NCBI GenBank assembly: GCA_965116905.1
Contig: OZ220732.1
Location: forward strand, 4,000,001-4,064,000
Length of the DNA stretch: 64,000 nt
DNA from: Longimicrobiales bacterium
GTDB taxonomy: Bacteria; Gemmatimonadota; Gemmatimonadetes; Longimicrobiales; Gaopeijiaceae
Reading direction: 5' to 3'
The notes under the pieces were generated by a model. That model ran no database searches, was not told where the DNA came from, and worked only from the letters and a program-made list of their open reading frames with translations. Below, piece after piece: positions 45,986 through 54,895 of the stretch (the stretch's first letter is position 1; each line of letters starts with the position of its first letter). The position numbers and the translations under genes are program-made.

Positions 45986-48199
45986 ATGCCGTCGATCGCC
46001 TTCAGAGGAGTTGGCGACAAGAAAGCCGCCGGGTTCAAGGCAAAGCACAGGATCACCACGCCCATTGTGCTGCAGGTGCATGCGTCGGAGTGCGGTGCCG
46101 CCTGCCTCGGCAGCATCCTCGGCTACTTCGGACGCTGGGTTCCGCTGACCGAGCTGCGGGAAAGATGCGAAGTGAGTCGAGACGGAAGCAGTGCGGCGAG
46201 CATCGTGCGCGCCGCCAGACATTATGGTCTCGAATCCAGCGGACTCAGTTTGCGCGCCGATCAACTGAAAAAGCTGCCGTTGCCGCTGATCGTGTTCTGG
46301 CAATTCAGTCATTTCCTCATCGTCGAGGGGTTCGACGGCCGCAACTTCTATCTCAATGATCCGTCCACGGGACGGCGCAAGCTTTCCGCCGAGGAGTTCA
46401 CCCGGGGCTACAGTGGCATTGCGCTCCGATTCAAGCCGGGCCCCGACTTCAAACCCGGCGGTGAACGGCCCGGACTGGTCAGACAACTGCACGCCCTGCT
46501 CGCCGGATCATGGGGCGTGCTCACCTGGGTGATCGCGTGCGGCCTCATGTTGACGCTGCTGGCCCTCATTGTCCCCGCATCTCTGGGCGCATTCGTGGAC
46601 GATGTGCTGGAAGACCGGGGGCCCTGGGGCGGCATCGTGACGGCACTGCTCGGCGGCGGCGTCCTCGTCTATATCCTGTCCCTGCTCAAGCACCGGTTCC
46701 TGAAGCGACTCGCAGTCCGGATTTCGGTGACCGGCTACAGTCGTGGCTTGTCGCGGCTGCTGCGGTTGCCGGTGGAGTTCTTCGAACACCGGCTCGTGGG
46801 CGATCTGACGGATCGAGTCTCGTCCATCGACAGGATCGCGAGGAATCTGACGGAGCAGTTTCTTGTGCTCGTTATCGACATGGGAATGAGCGCCGTGCTG
46901 CTTGCTGCCATGTTGGTCTACGACGTCCGGCTCACACTGGTCGTGCTCGTTCTGGCCGTTATGCATGGCGTGCTGGCGCACTTTCTGAACGGCGTCAGAG
47001 CCGTTCGAAGCCAGGCGATGAGACGCGAACAGGGACTGCTGATCGGCATCGGCATGCAGATGCTGAGCCATGCCGACAACCTGCGCATGACGGGATCGGA
47101 CGACCATTTCTTTTCGCGGTGGACCGGTCATCAGGCGCGCGAACTGCATGCGCGCCAGCGCTACTCGGAGCTGGGCTCCGTCAATGCCGCGCTTCCGGGT
47201 CTGATCGTCGCCCTTCGAGGCGCGGCGATCCTGGGCATCGGCGGAAGTCTGGTCCTGGCCGGGGAAATGACCCTGGGGGCGCTGGTCGCGTTCTACATCC
47301 TGAGCGAAATGTTCCTGGCGCCGGTCGGGCGATTCCTGGAGTTCGCCGAGAAGCGCCAGGCCCTCGAAACCGATCTGCAGCGACTCGAAGACATCTCCAG
47401 GACCGCCGAGGACCCCGCCCTCATCCGCCAAAGTCAGCACTCCGAGTCGATTCCGACTTTCAAGGGCCAGCTTCAGCTCGCCGGCCGGCTTGAGCTGCGA
47501 GACGTCACCTTCGGGTTCAACAAGAGCCGGCCGGCTCTCATCAAGGACTTCAACCTCCTGATCAGGCCGGGGCAGCGGGTTGCCGTGGTCGGTCCGAGCG
47601 GTTCCGGCAAGTCGACCCTCGCGCGTCTGATTGCCGGTGTCTACCAGCCCTGGTCGGGCGACATCCTGTTCGATGGCTATCCGCGGGATGAGATTCCCGA
47701 TGGGGTGCTGCGGCAGTCCATCTCCATGGTGGATCAGGAGGTGGTGCTCTTTTCCGCGTCCGTGCGCGACAACATCACCCTGTGGAACCCCGCCGTTCCG
47801 GACGAGGCCATCTTCGCGGCGGCGCGCGACGCCCGGATCCATGACGAAATCCTGCTTCGGCCGGATGGGTACGCCACGCGGGTCGATGAGGGCGGCGTGA
47901 ATTTCAGCGGCGGCCAGCGGCAGCGGCTGGAGATCGCCCGCGGGCTGGTGGGCGATCCCACGCTCCTCATTCTGGATGAGGCGACCAGCGCCCTCGATGC
48001 CGCGACGGAGGAATACGTCGATGATGCCCTGCGCCGTCGGGGTGTCACCTGCCTGATCGTGGCGCACCGGCTGAGCACCGTGCGGGACAGCGACGAGATC
48101 ATCGTGCTCGACAAGGGCGTCGAAGTGCAGCGCGGGACGCACGACGAGCTGATGGGGGATCGGGACGGCACCTACTACAAGCTGGTCAGATCCGGCTGA
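45986..48199 (+). CDS. NHLM-type peptidase-containing ABC transporter (C39 + TMD + NBD)
   Basis: LQVHASECGAACL (Cys), WQFSHF (His), LNDP (Asp); GPSGSGKST, FSGGQRQR, ILDEATS. Confidence 0.95.
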   Translation: MPSIAFRGVGDKKAAGFKAKHRITTPIVLQVHASECGAACLGSILGYFGRWVPLTELRERCEVSRDGSSAASIVRAARHYGLESSGLSLRADQLKKLPLPLIVFWQFSHFLIVEGFDGRNFYLNDPSTGRRKLSAEEFTRGYSGIALRFKPGPDFKPGGERPGLVRQLHALLAGSWGVLTWVIACGLMLTLLALIVPASLGAFVDDVLEDRGPWGGIVTALLGGGVLVYILSLLKHRFLKRLAVRISVTGYSRGLSRLLRLPVEFFEHRLVGDLTDRVSSIDRIARNLTEQFLVLVIDMGMSAVLLAAMLVYDVRLTLVVLVLAVMHGVLAHFLNGVRAVRSQAMRREQGLLIGIGMQMLSHADNLRMTGSDDHFFSRWTGHQARELHARQRYSELGSVNAALPGLIVALRGAAILGIGGSLVLAGEMTLGALVAFYILSEMFLAPVGRFLEFAEKRQALETDLQRLEDISRTAEDPALIRQSQHSESIPTFKGQLQLAGRLELRDVTFGFNKSRPALIKDFNLLIRPGQRVAVVGPSGSGKSTLARLIAGVYQPWSGDILFDGYPRDEIPDGVLRQSISMVDQEVVLFSASVRDNITLWNPAVPDEAIFAAARDARIHDEILLRPDGYATRVDEGGVNFSGGQRQRLEIARGLVGDPTLLILDEATSALDAATEEYVDDALRRRGVTCLIVAHRLSTVRDSDEIIVLDKGVEVQRGTHDELMGDRDGTYYKLVRSG

Positions 48200-51138
48200 T
48201 GCGGGACACGAGGCCGGAGCACACGTCCATTGCGGAACTCGCCACCAGCGCGGGCGAGTCCGTGCCCTGCGCCGGCAACCTGCCCGTGAAGCTCGACGAC
48301 CCGGACTCCGTCTGGTTCATCGACGAGGGCGCCGTCAATCTGTTCCTGGTCGAATTCAGGGACGGGTTGGATCATGCGGCACCCCAGCACCTGCTCCGCC
48401 GCGAAGCGGGCTGGCTGCTGCCGGGCGTCGCACCCAACGAACCGCACGGGGCGGAAGATACCACGCTCAGCCTGGTCGCCAAGGGATCGCCGGGCACCAT
48501 TCTGAAGCGCCTGCCGGCATCCCTGCTCTCCGAGGTCGATCCGGCGGAGCTGGCGGAACAGACGGAAACCTGGCTGGCCGCGATCACGGACACCCTCTCG
48601 CGCTTTGCGAGTCACCGTCCACGGCCGACGGCGCTGGCCGAGCCCGGTCTGACACGGAGCCTCGCCCCCTGTACGCTCTCCGTACGACGAGGCGTCGTAT
48701 GGGTATCCGAACCCCCACGCGGCGCCAGCCTCTTCATGGACCTGGTCGACCAGGCGGCACTTACCGGAGGGAGCGGCCCGCACGAAGCGCTGATACCGCT
48801 GACGCGGGCAAGCTGGCTCACGCTCTCGGACGAGGTAACGCTCTCGGCCAGTTCGACCGAGACACTGGCACGGCAGGGCACCCTGCTCTCGGCGCTCGCA
48901 TCCTTTCACGCGGTCGCCTTCGCCGTGGAGCGCCTGAACCGCGTACTGGCCGTAGTCGACCACGCGAATCTCGAACGCGCGCGGACCACGAGCCGCTACG
49001 CGGCCGAGAGAACTGCGCGGCAGCGGCTTTTCAACATCTATGACCTGCCGATCGACCGGGACGCGAGTGTCGAGGACACGTCGCTGGCGGACGCGCTGCA
49101 GCCGATCGGACGCCGTGAAGGGATTGATTTCAAGATCCCCGTGCGCCCGGGATCCTCCGGTGCCCCGGTCAGCCTCGTCGACGTCCTCGTCGCTTCAGGC
49201 GTGCGCGCCCGGCGCGTGCGGTTCACGAACGAGGGCGCCTGGTGGCGGGGCGACAGCAACGCGATGCTGGCGTTCCGCGCCGAAGGCGGCCAGCCTGTGG
49301 CGCTCCTGCCGGGATGGTTCGGGCGCTACCGGGAATTCGACCCGGTCAGCAAGCGTAGTGTCCGGATGACGGCGGATCGTGCCGCCGCGCTGGCGGACGA
49401 GGCCTGGGTGTTCTACCGGCCGCTGCCCGAGGGGAACGTGAGGCCGGCGGACCTGCTGAGATTCGCGCTGCGTGGATCGGCCGCGGATCTGGCGCGGCTG
49501 GTGATGGCCGGCCTTCCGGGCGGCCTGATCAAGCTGGTGCCCGCACTCGCGCTCGGGTTCGTCGCAAACCAGACGGCGGGCGGCGGAACCGCCGGAGCGG
49601 TCTATGCCGCGGCCGTGGCGGTGGCGGGCTTCGGCGTGCTCGGCGCCCTGCTGCACCTGCTTCAATCCACGGCGATGACGCGGCTCGAGGGGCGCTCGGC
49701 TTCGCGCGTCGAAGCGGCGTTCTGGGACCGCCTCATGCGCCTTCCGCCAAGCATTCTGCACCGCCATCCGTCGGGCGATCTGGCCATGTCGGGGATGACG
49801 TTCCAGAATCTCCGCGACGGGTTGCAAGGCGTCGTTGCCGACGGCCTGCTATCGATCCTCTTTCTGCTTCCGGTTCTTGGTGTCATCTTCCTCTACGATG
49901 CCACCCTCGGGGCCATCGCCCTCGCCTTCAGCCTGGTTTCGCTCCTGATCACGGTTGTCCTCGGACTGCGCCAGGTTCCCCCCTGCGGGCGGATGATCCG
50001 CGCGGCGCGGCGCGTCTCCGGCCGGTTGTTCCAGATCGTGGGCGGCATAAGCAGACTGCGTGTGGAAAACGCGGAAGCGTCCGCTTTCGCCATGTGGGCG
50101 CGGGACTACCGGGAGCAGAAACGCGCCGAGCTCGAAATGGCCGGGCTCGAGGGACATTCGCGCGCATTCGGCGCCGCGCTCCCCTTTCTTGCCGCCGGGG
50201 TCCTGCTGGCGGTCGTGGCCGTGGGCGACAGGGACCTTCCGGTGGGCGATTTTCTCGTCGTCTACCTCGTCCTCATCGCCTTCCAGTACGCCATCGCCCG
50301 ACTCGGCGAATCCCTTGGCACGGTCGCCGCCATGCTCCCGGGGTTCGACCAGATGCGCCCGCTCCTCGCCGCGGCTCCCGAGACCGAGGCCGAAGGAGCG
50401 CCGGTCGAGTATCTGGGCGGCGACATTCTCTTCGACCGCATTTCCTTCCGGTACGATCCCGACGGGCCGCTGATCCTGGACGATGTCACGATCCGCGCCC
50501 GCCCCGGAGAATTCATCGCGATCGCGGGTGAGTCCGGCGCCGGCAAGAGCACCCTCTTCCGGCTGGCGCTCGGATTCGACCGGCCCACCGCCGGCGCGGT
50601 CTATTACGATGGACGCGACCTGAGGCACCTGAACCTGAAGCAGGTGCGCCGCAGAATCGGCGCGGTGCCGCAATCCGTCGGCCTGCATCCCCTCGATATC
50701 TGGGACAATCTCGTCGGTCACCACGATAAGGTGGCGAGTGACGAGGTATGGGCGGCGGCGCGAGTCGCCAACGTCGAAGAAGAGATCAAGAGCATGCCGA
50801 TGGGCATGATGACCATGGTCGGCACGAGCGGAAGCGTCCTGTCGGGCGGCGAGAGTCAACGTGTCACTATTGCCCGGTCGGTGATCGGCAGCCCGCAGAT
50901 CATGCTCTTCGACGAGGCCACCAACTGGCTGGACAACGAGAGCCAGGCCAATGTCATGCGGAATCTCAACGCCCTGACCTCGACCCGGGTTGTTATCGCG
51001 CACCGCTTGTCCACCCTGGAACAGGCCGATCGCATCTACGTGCTGCAGGCCGGAAAAGTCGTACAGAGCGGCTCCTTCGACGAACTCTTGGAGGGCGACG
51101 GGGTGTTCAGGGAGTTGGTGAAAAGGCAGATCGCCTAG
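48199..51138 (+). CDS. NHLM-type second ABC transporter subunit (no peptidase)
   Basis: N-terminal cNMP-binding-like segment (VWFIDEGAVNLF), SGVRARRV...WW, FYRPLP, TMD, GESGAGKST, LSGGESQR, FDEAT; coupled to the previous gene. Confidence 0.92.
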   Translation: MRDTRPEHTSIAELATSAGESVPCAGNLPVKLDDPDSVWFIDEGAVNLFLVEFRDGLDHAAPQHLLRREAGWLLPGVAPNEPHGAEDTTLSLVAKGSPGTILKRLPASLLSEVDPAELAEQTETWLAAITDTLSRFASHRPRPTALAEPGLTRSLAPCTLSVRRGVVWVSEPPRGASLFMDLVDQAALTGGSGPHEALIPLTRASWLTLSDEVTLSASSTETLARQGTLLSALASFHAVAFAVERLNRVLAVVDHANLERARTTSRYAAERTARQRLFNIYDLPIDRDASVEDTSLADALQPIGRREGIDFKIPVRPGSSGAPVSLVDVLVASGVRARRVRFTNEGAWWRGDSNAMLAFRAEGGQPVALLPGWFGRYREFDPVSKRSVRMTADRAAALADEAWVFYRPLPEGNVRPADLLRFALRGSAADLARLVMAGLPGGLIKLVPALALGFVANQTAGGGTAGAVYAAAVAVAGFGVLGALLHLLQSTAMTRLEGRSASRVEAAFWDRLMRLPPSILHRHPSGDLAMSGMTFQNLRDGLQGVVADGLLSILFLLPVLGVIFLYDATLGAIALAFSLVSLLITVVLGLRQVPPCGRMIRAARRVSGRLFQIVGGISRLRVENAEASAFAMWARDYREQKRAELEMAGLEGHSRAFGAALPFLAAGVLLAVVAVGDRDLPVGDFLVVYLVLIAFQYAIARLGESLGTVAAMLPGFDQMRPLLAAAPETEAEGAPVEYLGGDILFDRISFRYDPDGPLILDDVTIRARPGEFIAIAGESGAGKSTLFRLALGFDRPTAGAVYYDGRDLRHLNLKQVRRRIGAVPQSVGLHPLDIWDNLVGHHDKVASDEVWAAARVANVEEEIKSMPMGMMTMVGTSGSVLSGGESQRVTIARSVIGSPQIMLFDEATNWLDNESQANVMRNLNALTSTRVVIAHRLSTLEQADRIYVLQAGKVVQSGSFDELLEGDGVFRELVKRQIA

Positions 51139-51236
51139 CAGTCCGTGGATAAACCCACGCGAGCACCGAGAGCGGCGAGGCGCCGGGCCGGATGCATTCG
51201 CCGCTCGAATGCCGCGGGGGTTTGTTCACGGGCTGC
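51138..51236. repeat. ~100-bp long-hairpin / MITE-like element
   Basis: Terminal inverted repeats GCAGTCCGTGGATAAACCCACGCG and CGCGGGGGTTTGTTCACGGGCTGC (20/24 matches; three mismatches are G-U compatible); inner stem GAGCGGCGA/TCGCCGCTC. Confidence 0.7.
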
Positions 51237-51265
51237 CTGATCCGAATCCCTCTCCGGAGACATCG

Positions 51266-52564
51266 ATGAACGGATCGATTGACGCGCACACCCTCGTATC
51301 GAGAGCCGACAAGGACAGCGACTTTCGCGAACGTCTTCTCCGGCACCCCAGGGAAACCGTCGAGAAGGAATTCGGCGTGACGCTGCCGGAAGACCATGAG
51401 ATTCACGTACACGAGGAGACCTATGGCGCGACACATGTGGTGCTTCCGCCGCGGAACAGGTTCAGCGAGGCCGAGCGGGAGGCGGCCAGGACCGGCAGGG
51501 CATCGCTCGAGTATCTTCGGAGTACTCTCCACGATCCCGCACCGCCCCTTCGTTCTCCGGCACCGAAACGAGGCGAAGTCCGAAGCGGCGGGGCCGGCTC
51601 CGAGGCGCTTGCAGAGGCGGCGAGGGAAGGGATCCGCCGAGGGCTTGCCTTCCTGGAATCCACAATCGACGAGAATGGGGCTTGGCACTGCATCCGGTTC
51701 AACGTTGCCGACCCGGACATTCCCAGGCACTTCGAGAGGCCTCCTTTCGTGTCGGCTCTCTGCGCGCTCGCCCTTGAGAGATCCGATGAGCCGCGGGCCA
51801 GGGCGATATGCACGGCGACGAAGGCGTATCTCATCGACACCATCGAGTATCCCGGACTGTGGCGATACTACCGTCACCTGCCCCCGGATCTCGACAGTAC
51901 CTCGCTCTGTGCGATGGTTATCGGGACGCACCCCTGGATCTGGCTCGGACGGAATGTTCCCGGGATACTGGCGAATCGCGACGAGGAGGGCCGCTTCATG
52001 ACCTGGGTGCTGGCGGAAGACGAACCCGATGTCGTGTCGCCGTTTCGCATCGAGGCCGACCCCGTCGTCAATGCGAACGTCATCGCCTGGCTGGGCGACC
52101 GTCCGGAAACCAGGGATGCCCAGCGATGGTTGGAACACCTGGTGACCGATGGGAGCCTGGAGGGCTCGTCGAAATGGTATCCCGACACGATCTCGATCCA
52201 CTATGCGATCGCCCGCGCGACGGTTCGCGCAAAGCCCGCCCTCGAGGCGTTGCGCCCGATGCTCGCAGATCGTATCCTCGGCCTCCGTGACCGGAAGGGA
52301 GGATTCGGCAACGTTCTTCAGACCGCTCAGGCGGTGTCGGCGCTCTACAGTGTCGGAAGCCTCGGGCGCATCGACGTGAAGCGGGAGGTGGAGGGGCTGA
52401 TGAACTCGCAGCGCGGGGACGGCAGCTGGCCGGAGCTGCTCGCGTTCGGCGACCAATCGTTGAAGTGGGGTTTGGTGGGGCAGATCGGGCATGGCTCCGA
52501 GGCCGTGACCTCCGCGTTCTGTATCGAGGCCCTGGAGTGTCTCGTCGAAGGGCTTGGGGCCTGA
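51266..52564 (+). CDS. NHLP-leader domain fused to a prenyltransferase/squalene-cyclase-repeat (class II terpene cyclase-like) domain
   Basis: Residues 1-77 align with the precursor leader (DSDFRERLLRHP...EFGVTLP...IHVHEE...HVVLPP). The rest has QW-like repeats (FLESTIDENGAW, LRDRKGGFG, MNSQRGDGSW), PPDLDSTS at the DxDD position, VVNANV and GSEAVTSAFCIEAL. Confidence 0.8.
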   Translation: MNGSIDAHTLVSRADKDSDFRERLLRHPRETVEKEFGVTLPEDHEIHVHEETYGATHVVLPPRNRFSEAEREAARTGRASLEYLRSTLHDPAPPLRSPAPKRGEVRSGGAGSEALAEAAREGIRRGLAFLESTIDENGAWHCIRFNVADPDIPRHFERPPFVSALCALALERSDEPRARAICTATKAYLIDTIEYPGLWRYYRHLPPDLDSTSLCAMVIGTHPWIWLGRNVPGILANRDEEGRFMTWVLAEDEPDVVSPFRIEADPVVNANVIAWLGDRPETRDAQRWLEHLVTDGSLEGSSKWYPDTISIHYAIARATVRAKPALEALRPMLADRILGLRDRKGGFGNVLQTAQAVSALYSVGSLGRIDVKREVEGLMNSQRGDGSWPELLAFGDQSLKWGLVGQIGHGSEAVTSAFCIEALECLVEGLGA

Positions 52565-52566
52565 GC

Positions 52567-54888
52567 GTGCCCACCGATACGGCGCGCGCGGGCCCACGGC
52601 CCGGGATCCTGGCCCGGACGACTCTCGCGGACCGGGGCATCGTCAAGCTTCCCGCGCTCACCCCGCACCTTCGATTCCACGATATCGGCGAGGGGCGGGT
52701 GCTCCTCGTCTCCGAGTCGTTCAATACGCTGCTGCACGGCAAGCTGTACGGCGACTTGCTGCCGCTGCTCGACGGCCGGCACGCCGGGGACGAGATCGTC
52801 GCGGCCCTCGAGGGCGCCCACGCGCCCACCAACGTCCTGGCGGCCCTGGCCGCGTTCGCCGCCAAGGGGTACCTGGTCTCCGCCGATCACGGGATGGACC
52901 TGTGCCAGGCAGCCTACTGGTCGTCGCTCGGGGCGTCGCCACGCTGGGCCGAGGAGCGGCTGGCGCAGGCGCGCGTCACGGTCGAGGGTGACGACGGCCG
53001 GCTCGCCCGGCATCTGGAGGAGGCCGGCGCCAGCGTGGGAGGCACCGGTCCGGCGCTGACCGTCGTCGTCTGCGCCGACTATCTCGATGCGCATCTCGCC
53101 GAGGTGAATCGGCGCCAGCTCAAGGCGAGAGCGCCGTGGACCCTGGCGCGGCCGAGCGGGATGGAGCCGCTGTTCGGCCCCATCTTCCGCGCTGACGGGC
53201 GGGGGCCTTGCTGGGACTGCCTCGCATGCCGCCTGCGCAGCCACGGGGAAGTCCACGCTTTCCTGCGCAACGTCGCCGGCGAGGAAGCCGCCTTCAGGCC
53301 GTTCGCGGCCCAGCCGGCCGCGCTGGGAGCAGTGTACGGGCTGATCGCGGCGGAGATCGTCAAATGGCTGGTGCTGGATCAGGCGGCCCCGATTCACGAA
53401 CAGGCGATCGCGATGGACATCGCCACATTCACGAGTTCGCAGCACCGGGTCGTGCGCAGGCCGCAGTGTCCGGAGTGCGGCGACGAGGCCCTGCGCCGGC
53501 CGGATCGACCGCCCCTTCCGGTGTCTCTGAAGGCGAGCCCCAAGGCCCATCGCAACAGCGGCGGCGCGCGCGCCGTGCCGCCGGGAGCCACCCTGGCGAA
53601 GTACCGGCATCTGGTGAGCCCGGTCAGCGGCGTCGTCACCTGGCTGTCGCGCACCACCGATGAGACCGACTCCTGGCTGCACGTCTACTGGGCCGGGAGC
53701 AATTCCGGGATGAGAAGCCGAAGCCTGAGTTCGCTGAGGCGCAGCCTGCGCAGCAAGAGCGCCGGCAAGGGCAGCACCCGGCAGCAGTCCAGGGTCAGCG
53801 CGCTTTGCGAGGCGATCGAGCGGCATTCGGGCGCCCGCCATGGGGACGAGATCCGTGTTGCCAGGCGATTCATCGAGTTCGCCGGGCGAGAAGAGGCGAT
53901 CCACCCCAACGATGTGCAGCTGTTCAGCGAGAGTCAGCTCGACGACGCGGAGAGCATCAACGCGAAGGGCCACCCCTACAACATCGTCCCGCCACGTCTC
54001 GATCCCGACGCCGAGATCGATTGGACCCCGGTCTGGTCATTGACGCAGCGGCGGCACCGGTACCTGCCCACGTCCATCCTGTACAGCATGCTGGCCGAGG
54101 AGCGCGGCCCTGCGGACCTGATTGCCGATTCGAACGGATGCGCCGCGGGCAACACCCTTGAAGAGGCGATCCTGCAGGGTTTCTACGAACTGGCCGAGCG
54201 CGATGCGTTCGCCGTCTGGTGGTACAACCGGCTGCAAGTGCCGGCGGTCGATCTTTCCAGCTTCGACGACGAGTACCTCGAATCGGCCGCGGACTACTAC
54301 GGCCGCCATGAGCGGGACCTGTGGATGCTCGACGTCACCTCCGATATCGGCATTCCCACCTTCGTCGCGCTCTCGCGTCGGCCGAACGCCGAAACCGAGG
54401 ACATCATCTACGGCGCCGGCACCCACGCCGACCCGCGGATCGCCGCCCTGCGCGCGCTCTGTGAACTGAACCAGTGCCTCACCTGGCTGCCGCGTCCCGG
54501 GGCGGCGGACGGCCGGCCCAGGATCGACGATCCGCTGGCGCTCCGGTGGTGGAAGACCGCCCGCCTCGCCGAATGTTCCTGGCTGGCGCCGGCGCCGGAC
54601 GAGCCGCTCCGCAGGGCTTCGCAGTATCCGGTGACCGAAGCGGCGGACACGCGCGAAGATGTGGAATACTGCCGCTCGCTTGTCGAAGCCAGGGGCATGG
54701 AGTTCCTGGTGCTCGATCAGACGCGGCCGGATATCGGCATGCCCGTGGCCCGGGTCATCGTGCCGGGCATGCGCCATTTCTGGGCAAGGTTCGCGCCCGG
54801 GCGCCTGTACGACGTGCCCGTCCATCTGGGGTACCGCGAGCACCCGCTCTCCGAAACCGGCCTGAATCCCGCACCTGTGATTGCGTGA
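52567..54888 (+). CDS. srpC: Fused E1-like/YcaO cyclodehydratase (TOMM C-D fusion)
   Basis: N-terminal RRE-like region, GPCWDCL and PQCPECG zinc sites, SAGKG, CEAIER, SNGCAAGNTLEEAILQGFYELAERDA, C-terminal LNPAPVIA. The symbol is recalled from the srp cluster. Confidence 0.94.
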   Translation: MPTDTARAGPRPGILARTTLADRGIVKLPALTPHLRFHDIGEGRVLLVSESFNTLLHGKLYGDLLPLLDGRHAGDEIVAALEGAHAPTNVLAALAAFAAKGYLVSADHGMDLCQAAYWSSLGASPRWAEERLAQARVTVEGDDGRLARHLEEAGASVGGTGPALTVVVCADYLDAHLAEVNRRQLKARAPWTLARPSGMEPLFGPIFRADGRGPCWDCLACRLRSHGEVHAFLRNVAGEEAAFRPFAAQPAALGAVYGLIAAEIVKWLVLDQAAPIHEQAIAMDIATFTSSQHRVVRRPQCPECGDEALRRPDRPPLPVSLKASPKAHRNSGGARAVPPGATLAKYRHLVSPVSGVVTWLSRTTDETDSWLHVYWAGSNSGMRSRSLSSLRRSLRSKSAGKGSTRQQSRVSALCEAIERHSGARHGDEIRVARRFIEFAGREEAIHPNDVQLFSESQLDDAESINAKGHPYNIVPPRLDPDAEIDWTPVWSLTQRRHRYLPTSILYSMLAEERGPADLIADSNGCAAGNTLEEAILQGFYELAERDAFAVWWYNRLQVPAVDLSSFDDEYLESAADYYGRHERDLWMLDVTSDIGIPTFVALSRRPNAETEDIIYGAGTHADPRIAALRALCELNQCLTWLPRPGAADGRPRIDDPLALRWWKTARLAECSWLAPAPDEPLRRASQYPVTEAADTREDVEYCRSLVEARGMEFLVLDQTRPDIGMPVARVIVPGMRHFWARFAPGRLYDVPVHLGYREHPLSETGLNPAPVIA

Positions 54889-54895
54889 GGAGAAC

